Assembly (NCBI RefSeq): GCF_053078305.1
Contig: NZ_CP166879.1
Reading direction: 5' to 3' (one strand)
Length of the DNA stretch: 64,000 nt
In this document: piece by piece, positions 47,936 through 57,961 of the stretch
Position numbering within the stretch: position 1 is the stretch's first letter
Layout of the letters: each line of letters begins with the position of its first letter
Position numbers and translations under genes: made by a program
The notes under the pieces: generated by a model
Databases searched by the model: none
The model's input: only the letters and a program-made list of their open reading frames with translations
What the model was told of the DNA's origin: nothing

Positions 47936-48308
47936 TTTTCGCCGCGACTTCCCGCAGTTTGCTGACCCTGCCAAATATCCCGAAGCGCAAATCCAGTTTC
48001 GTCTGAATCTGGCCGATGAACTGCTGAGCGAAAACGTCACCGGCAAAAAGTTGTTTCCGTACTTTGCCGGGTTGTTCGTTGCGCACTACATGACGCTCTG
48101 GGCGGCAGACAGCCGGGCGATGCTGGCTGGCGAGCCGGGCGGTTCAACCAATGGAGTTCAGTCCTCAAAGTCCGTGGATAAGGTAAGCGTCAGTTATGAC
48201 ACCAGCGCGACGCTGAATCCTGATGCAGGTTTCTGGAATAACACCCGATATGGCGCTGAATTTTATCAGTTGATCACGATGTTCGGTGCAGGTGGTCGCC
48301 AGCTATGA
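47901..48308 (+). CDS. Putative head-tail connector/adaptor
   Basis: 135 aa; overlapping operon organisation. Confidence 0.4.
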
Positions 48309-48859
48309 GTTTCAAAAGCGGTGTAACAACGAGGGTGGATAACGCTAAGGCTATTCTGGATGCGCTCAGGTCGTTAACCAAAAAAGATGTGCTGGTCGGC
48401 ATCCCTTCGGAAGACAGCGAGCGGGATGATGTTCCGTTTGGTAATGCGGGCATCGGTTACCTCAACGAATACGGCTCACCAGAGCAGAACATCCCGCCAC
48501 GACCTCACCTGGTCCCCGGCGTTAAATCGGCAGAAGAGCAGACGGTGCCGCAGCTCAAAGCCGCGGCGCAGGCTGCACTTGATGGTAATGCTGCGGGAGC
48601 AGAAAGCGCACTCAACCGTGCCGGAACACTGGCCGCTAATGGCGTCAGGCGTTACATGACCATTACCGGCTTTACGCCGCTTGCTGACAGTACTGTTGAA
48701 GCCCGGGCTCGTCGGGGGCGCAAGGGGGCAACACTGGAACTTGCCCGGCGTGCTGCTGGCGAATCCCCGGGAACCGAACTGGCGAAACCATTAATTGACA
48801 CCGGGCAATATCGCAGAGCGATTACCCATGTTGTGAGGGATAAAAATGCCGACTCTTGA
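48305..48859 (+). CDS. Putative head completion protein
   Basis: 184 aa; overlapping starts/stops. Confidence 0.4.
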   Translation: MSFKSGVTTRVDNAKAILDALRSLTKKDVLVGIPSEDSERDDVPFGNAGIGYLNEYGSPEQNIPPRPHLVPGVKSAEEQTVPQLKAAAQAALDGNAAGAESALNRAGTLAANGVRRYMTITGFTPLADSTVEARARRGRKGATLELARRAAGESPGTELAKPLIDTGQYRRAITHVVRDKNADS

Positions 48860-49235
48860 TGTAACAGATGTGCTTTTTGACCCCGATTTTTGCGACTTCA
48901 ATTTGTGGGTAACACGCCGTGTGCAAACGGTGGATGAGGACGGGATCGGCAGCGACAGCGAAGTTAAAAAGCAGTTTGCCGGAGTCGTAACTGTTGATCG
49001 CTCTCTGGAAAACCGTCGTATGCAGGCCGGGCAGGTAATCAGCGGTGCAATTCTGATTGTGACGACTGAGCGACTGACGCAGGGACAGACTGGCCGTGAT
49101 GCCGATATCGTGACGTATCAGGGCCGTGATTATCGTGTGACTTTCGTCGACCCGTATACAGCGTATGGTGCCGGATTCGTTCAGGCGCATTGTGAGTTGC
49201 TGCCGTTTGATGGGGGAATTCCGGTTGAGCAATAA
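48846..49235 (+). CDS. Putative tail completion/neck protein
   Basis: 129 aa. Confidence 0.4.
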   Translation: MPTLDVTDVLFDPDFCDFNLWVTRRVQTVDEDGIGSDSEVKKQFAGVVTVDRSLENRRMQAGQVISGAILIVTTERLTQGQTGRDADIVTYQGRDYRVTFVDPYTAYGAGFVQAHCELLPFDGGIPVEQ

Positions 49236-49773
49236 CACCAGCACAGAGCGCGGATGGCTGATACCAACCAGTGGCGATCCGGATTATGACGAAGCGCTCG
49301 ACAGGCTGTTAAGCCAGTGGATGCGTAACGTTTCCGGTCTGTCTGCCGGGATGGTTCGCCCGCGCTGGCAGAAAGAGCAGCCGCCACTGCTACCGGCTGA
49401 AACGAACTGGTGTGCGTTTGGGGTTATCGGATGGTCAGGTGATGACAGTCCGGCATTCACCAGACAGACTGATGATGGCTCTCAGCTCTGGCGGCATGAA
49501 ACGATTGAGTGTATGGCTTCGTTTTATGGTCCGGCGGGGATGGTGTATGCGTCCCGGTTTCGTGACGGTATATCTGTACCGCAGAACAACGCAGCACTGA
49601 ATGTGCTGGGGCTGTCTCTTGGCGATTACACAGGTCTGACTCCCTTCCCTGAACTTATTAATCAGCAATGGGTCCGCCGCTACGATATGACGGTGCGTCT
49701 GCGCCGGAAGGTTGTGCGCGAGTACGGTATTAAATCGCTGGTGGAAGCACCAGTCATCTTTTTCGGAGATTAA
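49165..49773 (+). CDS. Putative tail terminator/neck protein
   Basis: 202 aa; precedes sheath gene. Confidence 0.4.
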   Translation: MVPDSFRRIVSCCRLMGEFRLSNNTSTERGWLIPTSGDPDYDEALDRLLSQWMRNVSGLSAGMVRPRWQKEQPPLLPAETNWCAFGVIGWSGDDSPAFTRQTDDGSQLWRHETIECMASFYGPAGMVYASRFRDGISVPQNNAALNVLGLSLGDYTGLTPFPELINQQWVRRYDMTVRLRRKVVREYGIKSLVEAPVIFFGD

Positions 49774-49776
49774 GCT

Positions 49777-50922
49777 ATGGCACAGGGCTTGCCTGTATCA
49801 AACGTTGTTAATGTTGATGTGATCATGTCGCCGCGTGCAGCATCAGGGCGAAATTTTGGTGCATTACTCATTCTCGGCCCGTCCACAATCATTCCGGTAA
49901 GTGAGCGCATTCGCCGTTATTCTGCCGCGGAAGATATTGGAAAAGATTTTGGCGTGGAATCACCAGAATATAAGGCTGCGCAGGTGTTTTTCTCTCAATC
50001 ACCGAAACCTCAGGAGGTTTTTGTTGGTCGTTGGGTGAAAACGAAGGGAGACAGCGAACAGGCCACGCCTGAGACGCTGGAGCAGGCTGTGAATGCCATG
50101 CTCGATTATACTTCATGGTATGGGCTGGGGATTGCAGACGATGCAGATATTCCGGATGCAGACTGGCTGAAAGTGGCTGCGGCGATCGAATCCTCTTCTG
50201 TAAGCCGTATTCTGGCGATTACGACAAGCGATGAGAAATGCCTGCAGACTGCATCCAGCGATGATTTGGCATCAAAACTGAAAACCGCCGGATATTCACG
50301 CAGTTTTATTCAGTATTCATCGGGTAATAAATACGCTGCGTTATCTGCATTTGGCCGGGCATTCACGGTTAATTTCAATGGCAGTAATACCGCGATTACG
50401 CTCAAGTTTAAGCAGGCGCCGGGCGTCGGGTATGAAACACTGACAGTCAGCCAGGCATCGGCACTTGATGCAAAAAACTGCAATGTGTTCGTGTACTACC
50501 AGAATGATACGGCTATCCTCCAGCAGGGAGTGATGGCTAACGGCGATTTCTTTGATGAACGCCACGGCCTGGACTGGTTACAGAATTATGTGCAGACCAA
50601 CCTCTATAACCTGCTTTATACCAGCACCACGAAAGTACCCCAGACTGAAGCCGGTATTACCAGACTGTTATCAAGTGTTGAAAAATCACTGGATCAGGCC
50701 GTTCAGAATGGACTGATTGCTCCGGGCGTATGGAACGGTGGCGACCTGGGTCAGTTGTCATCAGGTGACACGCTGCCCAAAGGTTATTACGTATACGCCC
50801 AGCCACTGGATGAACAGGCACAATCAGAACGTGAAGCCCGTAAGGCTCCGGTGATTCAGGCTGCAATAAAACTTGCAGGCGCGGTTCATTACGCTGACGT
50901 ACAGATTAACGTTGTTCGCTAA
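49777..50922 (+). CDS. Tail sheath protein
   Basis: 381 aa, first of the sheath-tube-chaperone-tape measure gene order. Confidence 0.6.
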   Translation: MAQGLPVSNVVNVDVIMSPRAASGRNFGALLILGPSTIIPVSERIRRYSAAEDIGKDFGVESPEYKAAQVFFSQSPKPQEVFVGRWVKTKGDSEQATPETLEQAVNAMLDYTSWYGLGIADDADIPDADWLKVAAAIESSSVSRILAITTSDEKCLQTASSDDLASKLKTAGYSRSFIQYSSGNKYAALSAFGRAFTVNFNGSNTAITLKFKQAPGVGYETLTVSQASALDAKNCNVFVYYQNDTAILQQGVMANGDFFDERHGLDWLQNYVQTNLYNLLYTSTTKVPQTEAGITRLLSSVEKSLDQAVQNGLIAPGVWNGGDLGQLSSGDTLPKGYYVYAQPLDEQAQSEREARKAPVIQAAIKLAGAVHYADVQINVVR

Positions 50923-50932
50923 GGGGAAGTGA

Positions 50933-51373
50933 ATGTCTACCTATTCTTTTATGGATGTCACTGCGACGCTGACCGGGCCGACCGGTTCGATTGACCTCGG
51001 GTACGGTTCGGCAAGTTCTGAAGAGGGGATTGTGGTTGCGATGGGCGGTCCTAAAAACACCATGACCATCGGTGCTGATGGCGAAGTGATGCACAGTCTC
51101 CATGCAGATAAAAGCGGGACGATTACCGTTAACCTTCTGAAGACATCACCGACAAATAAAAAATTGTCGCTGGCGTATAACGCACAGAGCCAGTCTTCTG
51201 CCACATGGGGGAATAACGTTATCGTGATCCGCAACAAGGTCAGCGGCGACATCATCACGGCACGCAGTGTTGCGTTCCAGAAACAACCGGATAACGCCAA
51301 CGCTAAAACCGGTAATACGATGCCGTGGGTGTTTGACTGCGGCAAGATTGACCAGGTTCTCGGGGAGTTTTAA
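50933..51373 (+). CDS. Tail tube protein
   Basis: 146 aa following sheath. Confidence 0.55.
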   Translation: MSTYSFMDVTATLTGPTGSIDLGYGSASSEEGIVVAMGGPKNTMTIGADGEVMHSLHADKSGTITVNLLKTSPTNKKLSLAYNAQSQSSATWGNNVIVIRNKVSGDIITARSVAFQKQPDNANAKTGNTMPWVFDCGKIDQVLGEF

Positions 51374-51376
51374 TAC

Positions 51377-51829
51377 ATGGAGTTCGAAATCAAAGGCGTG
51401 AAATATCGCGTGGCAAAACTCAGCGTTTTTGACCAGCTGAAAGTGACCCGCAAACTTCTGCCGGTGCTGGCAGGAATGATGTCAGATTTCGGGAGCATTC
51501 GCTCCCGTTTGCCTGCTGATGGCAAAATCGACACCGTGAAATTCGAGCAGTTAAAACCGGTGTTTGAAACCATGCTCCCGCGTATCGCTGAGGAACTGTC
51601 TTCCCTGACCGAAGATGACACCAGTGCGATTATTCATCCCTGTCTTGCGGTGGTATCGCGGCGTCATATGGACGGATGGGTTCCGGTATTTACCCAGGGC
51701 GAACTGATGTTTGATGATATTGACTTGCTGGTCATGCTGCAGCTGGTGGCGCGGGTGGTCGCCGATTCGCTGGGAAATTTTTTGCCTACACCCCTTACCA
51801 GCACGACGCAGAGCCTGCAACAGGGCTGA
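51377..51829 (+). CDS. Tail assembly chaperone (probable -1 frameshift extension to about 52017)
   Basis: 150 aa before tape measure; T-rich slippery run aaatttttttg at 51775..51785; -1 frame open for 80 codons to TGA at 52015..52017. Confidence 0.5.
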   Translation: MEFEIKGVKYRVAKLSVFDQLKVTRKLLPVLAGMMSDFGSIRSRLPADGKIDTVKFEQLKPVFETMLPRIAEELSSLTEDDTSAIIHPCLAVVSRRHMDGWVPVFTQGELMFDDIDLLVMLQLVARVVADSLGNFLPTPLTSTTQSLQQG

Positions 51830-52006
51830 CGTTTAACAGCCTGCCGGACGGGCTGTCCTACCTTCTCAATCCGGTTGACGCCGGGTTAATTCCTTATACA
51901 GCACTTAAAGATGGCTCTGTCGATTTGTACGATATTGCTCTTTTGAATGACCATCTGGCGGTAAAAGCGGATAACCAGCGGCGCATTGAGAAATGGAGAG
52001 AGGATA

Positions 52007-53995
52007 ATGAACGCTGAAACTATTAAAGATTTCCTCGTCTCGCTTGGCTTCAGTGTGGATGATGCAGGAGCGAAAAAGTTCGGTTCTGTCCTCGCCGGTA
52101 CAACTGCAAATGTCATCAAAATGGGGCTGGCCGTTGAAGGAGCCGCGCTGTCCGTGGTGGCCTTCACGGCTAAGATCGCCTCCGGTCTGGATAATCTTTA
52201 CTGGGCGTCACAGCGCACTGGAGCGACAGTCCAGGGAATTCAGTCTATTGGCTATGCGGTTTCGCAGGTTGGCGGCAGCGTGGACGCTGCGCGATCTTCT
52301 CTGGAAAGCCTCTCCCGGTTTATTCGTAATAATCCCGGTGCAGAGGGATTTCTGAATCGCCTGGGGGTACAGACACGGGATGCCAGCGGTAACATGCGTG
52401 ACATGGCCGCTATTTTTACAGGTGTAGGCCAGAAGCTCAGCGGCATGCCGTATTACCGGGCTAACCAGTATGCGCAGATGCTGGGCATTGACGAAAATAC
52501 CCTTATGGCGATGCGTCGGGGTGTGGGTGGTTTCTCCGGGCAGTACAGCGCAATGGCGAAAGCTATCGGCTTCAATGCTGACGAGGCGGCCAGAAGCTCC
52601 AACAAATTTATGACCTCCCTGCGTGAGTTTAGCGCGATGGCAGGCATGGCCCGTGACAAAATCGGCTCTAATCTTGCGGGTGGACTTGCGGGGTCGCTGG
52701 ACACCCTGCGCCGCCATATCCTGGACAACTTCCCGCGCATCGAGCAGACTCTGACGAAAGCCATAAAAGGCATTCTGGCGCTCGGGGATATTATCGGGCG
52801 GCTGTTCTTCAGACTGATTGAGGGGACATCAGGCCTTATCACCTGGTGGCAATCGCTGGATAAGCAAACGCGGGAGTTGATCTCGCTGTTTGGCGCACTG
52901 ACGATTGCGCTGCGCATTCTGAACAGTACGTTCTGGATGTCGCCGATTGGCCTCATTACCGCGCTGGCGGCGGGGATTGCCCTCCTGTGGGAGGACTATC
53001 AGACCTGGAAGGAAGGCGGCGACAGCCTGATTGACTGGGGCAAGTGGAAACCGGAGGTCGATGCCGCGCTGAAGATGGTTCGTGACCTTAAAACAACCGT
53101 TAACGACCTGGTGAAAGCGCTGGCGAAACTGCTCAATATTGACCTCAAATCATGGTCCCTGAAGTGGGATTTCAGCAACTTCATCGACCAGATGGGCGAA
53201 TTCAGCAAAATGCTGAACATGATCGCCGACCTGCTCAACGCTATCAAAGATGGCCGCTGGGCTGATGCCGTCAGCATCGGCAAACAGATACTTAATCAGG
53301 GCAGCGAAAATCCGTCAGCGATGCCGATGGTTACAGACAGCGCTAACAGTACTGCCGACTGGATTAAAGAGCACTGGGGATTCGATCCCCGCAGCGTGGG
53401 CCGGACGGTACGCGGCTGGTTTGGTGATGATGAGCCGGAACAACATGCACAGGCTACGAAACGAGGAGAACGGAATAACAATCCGGGAAACCTTAATTTT
53501 GCTGGTCAGGCAGGGGCTTCTCTTGAACGCCCGGGCGGGCGATTTGCCAGATTTGAAACTGCCTTTGATGGATTACGGGCTCTTGCTCGTCAGTTAATGC
53601 TGTACGCCGGACGGGGAATAAACAGTGTGGAGAAAATTATCTCTACCTGGGCACCTGCGTCTGATAATAACAACACAACTGCGTATATCAGGGCTGTATC
53701 GCAACGACTGGGAGTGGATCCCCGGGCTGCCCTGAATATGAGCGATCCGCAAACCATGTCAGCATTGATGAGCAGCATTATCCAGCATGAAAATGGAAGA
53801 AATATCTATTCTCGAGAGCTGATTAATAAGGCTGCCGTGGCGGGAATTAGTGGCAAAATGACAGAGGTTAACCAGCAAAATACTTACCACATTTACGGTG
53901 GCGGAGATCCGCACGCTGTCGGTAATGAGGTTGCACGTCGGCAACAGTCTGCAAATGCTCAGGTCATGCGAAGTAATCAGGTGAGGGTGGGTTAG
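52007..53995 (+). CDS. Tail tape measure protein
   Basis: About 660 aa, Ala/Gly/Leu-rich helical protein with hydrophobic central segments; ATG at 52007 preceded by ggagagagga. Confidence 0.7.
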   Translation: MNAETIKDFLVSLGFSVDDAGAKKFGSVLAGTTANVIKMGLAVEGAALSVVAFTAKIASGLDNLYWASQRTGATVQGIQSIGYAVSQVGGSVDAARSSLESLSRFIRNNPGAEGFLNRLGVQTRDASGNMRDMAAIFTGVGQKLSGMPYYRANQYAQMLGIDENTLMAMRRGVGGFSGQYSAMAKAIGFNADEAARSSNKFMTSLREFSAMAGMARDKIGSNLAGGLAGSLDTLRRHILDNFPRIEQTLTKAIKGILALGDIIGRLFFRLIEGTSGLITWWQSLDKQTRELISLFGALTIALRILNSTFWMSPIGLITALAAGIALLWEDYQTWKEGGDSLIDWGKWKPEVDAALKMVRDLKTTVNDLVKALAKLLNIDLKSWSLKWDFSNFIDQMGEFSKMLNMIADLLNAIKDGRWADAVSIGKQILNQGSENPSAMPMVTDSANSTADWIKEHWGFDPRSVGRTVRGWFGDDEPEQHAQATKRGERNNNPGNLNFAGQAGASLERPGGRFARFETAFDGLRALARQLMLYAGRGINSVEKIISTWAPASDNNNTTAYIRAVSQRLGVDPRAALNMSDPQTMSALMSSIIQHENGRNIYSRELINKAAVAGISGKMTEVNQQNTYHIYGGGDPHAVGNEVARRQQSANAQVMRSNQVRVG

Positions 53996-54582
53996 TGGAT
54001 ATTCTCTCTACACTTTTTCATCAGCAGAGCAGAAAAATAGGAATGATTGTTCCCAGTGTTGTTATTTCAGAGAAGCATACAGATATGCTTGAAATAACAG
54101 AGCATCCGGTAGAGGTTGGGGCCGCTGTCGCTGATCATGCCTATAAAAAACCGTCAGAAGTGGTGATGGAGGTTGGTTTCGCCGGTGGCGGCGCATTGCT
54201 GGATTTTGCCAGTAATCTGACGGCTACCAGCCTGCTCGGCCTGAGTCCTCAGCAGACGTATCAGGAGCTACTGGATCTGCAGGAAAGCCGTATCCCCTTC
54301 GATGTGGTAACCGGTAAACGACTGTACAGCAACATGTTGATCCGGGCGTTGGAAGTGACGACGGACAAGACAACCGAAAACGTCCTGTCCGCCGTCCTCA
54401 CCCTGAGGGAGGTCATTATCTCCCGGACACAGCAGATTACCGTCGCGGATAAAACCAACATGAAGGAAGGGGCCAGCACGTCGGCGGTACAGAACAGCGG
54501 CAACAAAACCACAAAGCCTCCAGATACTTCACTGCTGAAAAGCATCACGGGTAACGTGGCGTCATTACTGGGGGGCGGCTAA
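53995..54582 (+). CDS. Putative tail/baseplate assembly protein
   Basis: 195 aa; module position only. Confidence 0.4.
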   Translation: MDILSTLFHQQSRKIGMIVPSVVISEKHTDMLEITEHPVEVGAAVADHAYKKPSEVVMEVGFAGGGALLDFASNLTATSLLGLSPQQTYQELLDLQESRIPFDVVTGKRLYSNMLIRALEVTTDKTTENVLSAVLTLREVIISRTQQITVADKTNMKEGASTSAVQNSGNKTTKPPDTSLLKSITGNVASLLGGG

Positions 54583-54884
54583 TGACAATTCAGGAAATTC
54601 CGCTGACAGCGGACAACCAGCAGTTCAGCATCGTCCTGGGGGGTGTCACCTGGCGGATTAGCATCATATGGCGCGATCTGTACTGGATTATGGACCTGCA
54701 GAACGACAGAGGGGAGCCGGTAATCTCCGGTATTCCTCTTGTCACTGGTGCTGACCTGCTGGCGCAGTACGCCTGTATGGGGCTTGGTTTTAAGCTGGTG
54801 GTGGTCTGTGATGACAACACACAGGATTACCCCACAAAAACTGACCTGGGCGGTCGCAGCCATTTACTGGTATCAACGGAGTAA
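54582..54884 (+). CDS. Putative tail protein
   Basis: 100 aa. Confidence 0.35.
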   Translation: MTIQEIPLTADNQQFSIVLGGVTWRISIIWRDLYWIMDLQNDRGEPVISGIPLVTGADLLAQYACMGLGFKLVVVCDDNTQDYPTKTDLGGRSHLLVSTE

Positions 54885-54886
54885 GC

Positions 54887-55951
54887 ATGTCACAGAACTG
54901 GATGAGACATTTCGAGCTGCAGCTTGTGGACGGGAACGGTCAGGGAATTGAGCTAAGTGATTTCAAAGTCACCTTTACGATCGACTGGTTCAACATCAGC
55001 AGCGCGTCCCGGGTAGGGACTATCAAAATTTATAACCTCTCGGCAGATACTGTGAACCGAATTACCGGGCAGGAGTTTTCGAAAGTGCGTCTGATTGCCG
55101 GTTACGACGGTATCGCGCCGGAGGTGTCAGCAAGCGACGTAGGGACCGTGCGGGGAGTTGACGCGGCGGACGTGGGCCAGAGAGATGGCCGCAACTACGG
55201 ACTGATTTTCAGCGGTGAAATTCGCTACTCGGTCACAGGAAAAGACAGTCCGGTTGATACCTACGTCCTGATTCAGGCAGCAGATACTGATCTGGCTTTT
55301 GCCACCAGTATAACCTCACAGACGCTGGCTGCCGGTTACACGGTCGCTGATGTGAACCGTGCGCTGATGAAAGACTTCGAAGCCAAAGGCGCGACCGAAG
55401 GCCTGACGCCTGAAATGCCTGCTACTGTATTCCCCCGGGGGCGGGTACTCTTTGGCATGACGCGGCATCTAATGGATAACGTAGCCGGACAATGTGGCGC
55501 AACATGGCAATTCGTGGACGGTCAGCGCCAGATGGTGGCGAATAACGAATATGTTCACGAAGCGATTGTGCTCAACAGCGCTACCGGGCTTATTGGCATG
55601 CCGCAGCAGACTATCGGTAACGGCGTAAACGTCCGCGCGCTTATTAATCCGAACATCCGGGTTAACGGGCTCATTCAGCTGGATCAGGCTTCCGTCTATC
55701 GTACCGCGTTGTCGAACAACGATATTGCGATGGCTGGTGGTCAGATCACCGACCAGAACACGGACGGAAATATCACGCTCAGCGGCACCACATCGCAGCC
55801 TGCCTGCATCGCAACGGATGGCGTTTATATTGTGCGCGGGATTATGTACACTGGCGACACAAGGGGCCAGGCGTGGTACATGGATATGATGTGTGAAGCG
55901 CGTGGCGCGGCGGATCTTGTTTCCTCATCAGCGAGGGAAAGAGGGCTTTAA
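54887..55951 (+). CDS. Putative baseplate hub / Mu P-like tail protein
   Basis: 354 aa; module position upstream of spike and wedge genes. Confidence 0.5.
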   Translation: MSQNWMRHFELQLVDGNGQGIELSDFKVTFTIDWFNISSASRVGTIKIYNLSADTVNRITGQEFSKVRLIAGYDGIAPEVSASDVGTVRGVDAADVGQRDGRNYGLIFSGEIRYSVTGKDSPVDTYVLIQAADTDLAFATSITSQTLAAGYTVADVNRALMKDFEAKGATEGLTPEMPATVFPRGRVLFGMTRHLMDNVAGQCGATWQFVDGQRQMVANNEYVHEAIVLNSATGLIGMPQQTIGNGVNVRALINPNIRVNGLIQLDQASVYRTALSNNDIAMAGGQITDQNTDGNITLSGTTSQPACIATDGVYIVRGIMYTGDTRGQAWYMDMMCEARGAADLVSSSARERGL

Positions 55952-56286
55952 TGAAACGGTTATGTTTGGCGTTAGTTATGATGGTTACTGCTCCGGCGAT
56001 GGCTGCAATTCAGTGCGGCAACTACACGATGACCGGTGACGGAATGACTGTTATTAACGGTGAAACTGTCACATCACAGAAGATAAAATTTCTGGGAAAA
56101 GATGGTGACTATTCAAACATGAAAATGGACATGGGCCTGATGCCTTCCCGTGATGGTAACAATTACGGCTTTGAGTTTGTGAAACGTAACGGAAAAGCTT
56201 TCCTGAACGTCCAGCTGCTGCAGAACAGCATGGACGCGCCGAAAATCATTGGATCTTTCCCGTGTAAAAAAGTGAGCAGCAAGTGA
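55951..56286 (+). CDS. Secreted small protein of unknown function (cargo inside baseplate operon)
   Basis: 111 aa with cleavable signal peptide MKRLCLALVMMVTAPAMA; start overlaps upstream stop (TAATGA). Confidence 0.45.
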   Translation: MKRLCLALVMMVTAPAMAAIQCGNYTMTGDGMTVINGETVTSQKIKFLGKDGDYSNMKMDMGLMPSRDGNNYGFEFVKRNGKAFLNVQLLQNSMDAPKIIGSFPCKKVSSK

Positions 56287-56795
56287 CAGTTGATGATGAT
56301 CCTTTGAATTCATTTCAAGACCCTGACTTTCAGGAACTTCTCGGCGGAATTGATATTACTCTTGTTATAAGGTTTTTTAATTATTTTTCGCGTTTCGAAT
56401 ATGCGTTAAAAAGAATTAATTTCAAAAAAACTGATCGTAGAAATTATCTAATCGGTGCTGACTGGAGCCGCTACGCTACTGATGATACGCGGCCTTTATA
56501 TCCTACTGGAAATAGAAATGTCGATAGGGCAGTTGAGTATCTATGTCAGCAACCTGTGAAGCAGCAGAGGCATGATTTTTCGTGGGAGGATAAACCTCCA
56601 ATCGAACCTCATTCTCTTGCTGAAGCATTAAAGCAGATCCCGTATATAAGAAATAATCTCTTTCACGGCGGGAAGTATTTACGTCCCGACCCCGTTCGTG
56701 ATGAAAAGTTATTGAAATACTCTATTTATTTGATGCAGTTGTGTTTGATAACTGATAATCAGCTTTCTGAATACTTTAATACTATCCACCGATAG
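56283..56795 (+). CDS. AT-rich protein of unknown function (cargo inside baseplate operon)
   Basis: 170 aa; markedly AT-rich versus flanking baseplate genes; followed by a hairpin plus T-run. Confidence 0.45.
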   Translation: MTVDDDPLNSFQDPDFQELLGGIDITLVIRFFNYFSRFEYALKRINFKKTDRRNYLIGADWSRYATDDTRPLYPTGNRNVDRAVEYLCQQPVKQQRHDFSWEDKPPIEPHSLAEALKQIPYIRNNLFHGGKYLRPDPVRDEKLLKYSIYLMQLCLITDNQLSEYFNTIHR

Positions 56796-56805
56796 TCATT
56801 CTTCA

Positions 56806-56840
56806 TGAGATAAAACCTGCCACCCGGCGGGTTTTTTGCT
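56806..56840 (+). terminator. Possible terminator after cargo gene
   Basis: accc-ggcg-gggt short stem followed by ttttttgcttttt. Confidence 0.4.
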
Positions 56841-56855
56841 TTTTGGAGCCTAACA

Positions 56856-57608
56856 ATGGCAGTAACTGACCAGACCCGCAGTGGCGATCTTGCCGAAACA
56901 TTTAAATCTGAACGGGAAACAACAAAGAACCAGATCCGTGTCGCCTTGCCTGGCATTATTCAGTCATTCGATCCTGACGCGGTGACGGCGGTTGTGCAGC
57001 CAGCTATCCGGTCGGTTGAAAAGGATAACGACGGTAACCGCATTACCAAAAATTACCCATTGCTGGTGGATGTGCCAGTGGTATTCCCGCGCGGCGGAGG
57101 CTGTACGTTGACTTTTCCGGTAAAAGCTGGGGATGAGTGTCTTGTCGTTTTTGCCGATCGTTGTATTGATTTCTGGTGGCAGAGCGGCGGGATACAGGAG
57201 ACGGTTGATGACAGAATGCATGATTTATCGGATGCGTTTTGTATTGTCGGTCCCCAGTCGCAGGCAAGGAAGATTAGCGGTATTAATACCAGTGCCACAC
57301 AGTTGCGTAGTGACGACGGCAGCACCTATTTTGAGCTTAATCCTGATACCCGGAAAATTAAAATTGTCGCTCCGGGGGGGCTTGATGTGGTTGCCCCCCT
57401 GGCTGATTTTTCTGAGAAAGTAACCATTCATGGCCTGTTAACCTGGATGGGGGGCATGGTGGGGTCTGTTGTTTCTGGTGTGGCTTCAAAAATCACTGGT
57501 GCTGTTGAGTTTTTGGGTAGCGTGAAGGCTAACGGCAAGCCAATCGATGATACGCACACTCATGGTGGTGTTCAGCGCGGTGGAAGCAATACCGACGGAG
57601 TAAACTGA
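56856..57608 (+). CDS. Baseplate spike/central needle protein (Mu gp45-like)
   Basis: 250 aa; Gly-rich C-terminal repeats and HTHGGVQRGGSNT tip motif. Confidence 0.55.
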   Translation: MAVTDQTRSGDLAETFKSERETTKNQIRVALPGIIQSFDPDAVTAVVQPAIRSVEKDNDGNRITKNYPLLVDVPVVFPRGGGCTLTFPVKAGDECLVVFADRCIDFWWQSGGIQETVDDRMHDLSDAFCIVGPQSQARKISGINTSATQLRSDDGSTYFELNPDTRKIKIVAPGGLDVVAPLADFSEKVTIHGLLTWMGGMVGSVVSGVASKITGAVEFLGSVKANGKPIDDTHTHGGVQRGGSNTDGVN

Positions 57609-57961
57609 TGCGATACAGACGTGAAGACGCCGATGGCGATTACACCTTTGGCAGCGGTGATGACACCTGGCTGATTAACTCACCGGAGGCCGTGGCGCAG
57701 GCGGTAAAAACGCGATTCGAATTGTGGTATGGGCAATGGTTTCTCGACACCACCGAGGGGACTCCGTGGATCCAGTCCGTACTCGGTAAGCAGAAGCCGG
57801 AAACCTACAACCTGGCGATCCGTAAGCGCATCCTCGAAACGCGGGGCGTTAAATCAATCCTCTCTTTCAATACGACGGTGGATACCACGACCCGACGTGT
57901 CATGTTTTCCGCTGAAATCGACACTCTTTATGGAATAACGACTGTTACATCGGAGGCGTAA
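57608..57961 (+). CDS. Baseplate wedge protein (gp25/W-like)
   Basis: 117 aa, precedes baseplate J. Confidence 0.5.
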   Translation: MRYRREDADGDYTFGSGDDTWLINSPEAVAQAVKTRFELWYGQWFLDTTEGTPWIQSVLGKQKPETYNLAIRKRILETRGVKSILSFNTTVDTTTRRVMFSAEIDTLYGITTVTSEA

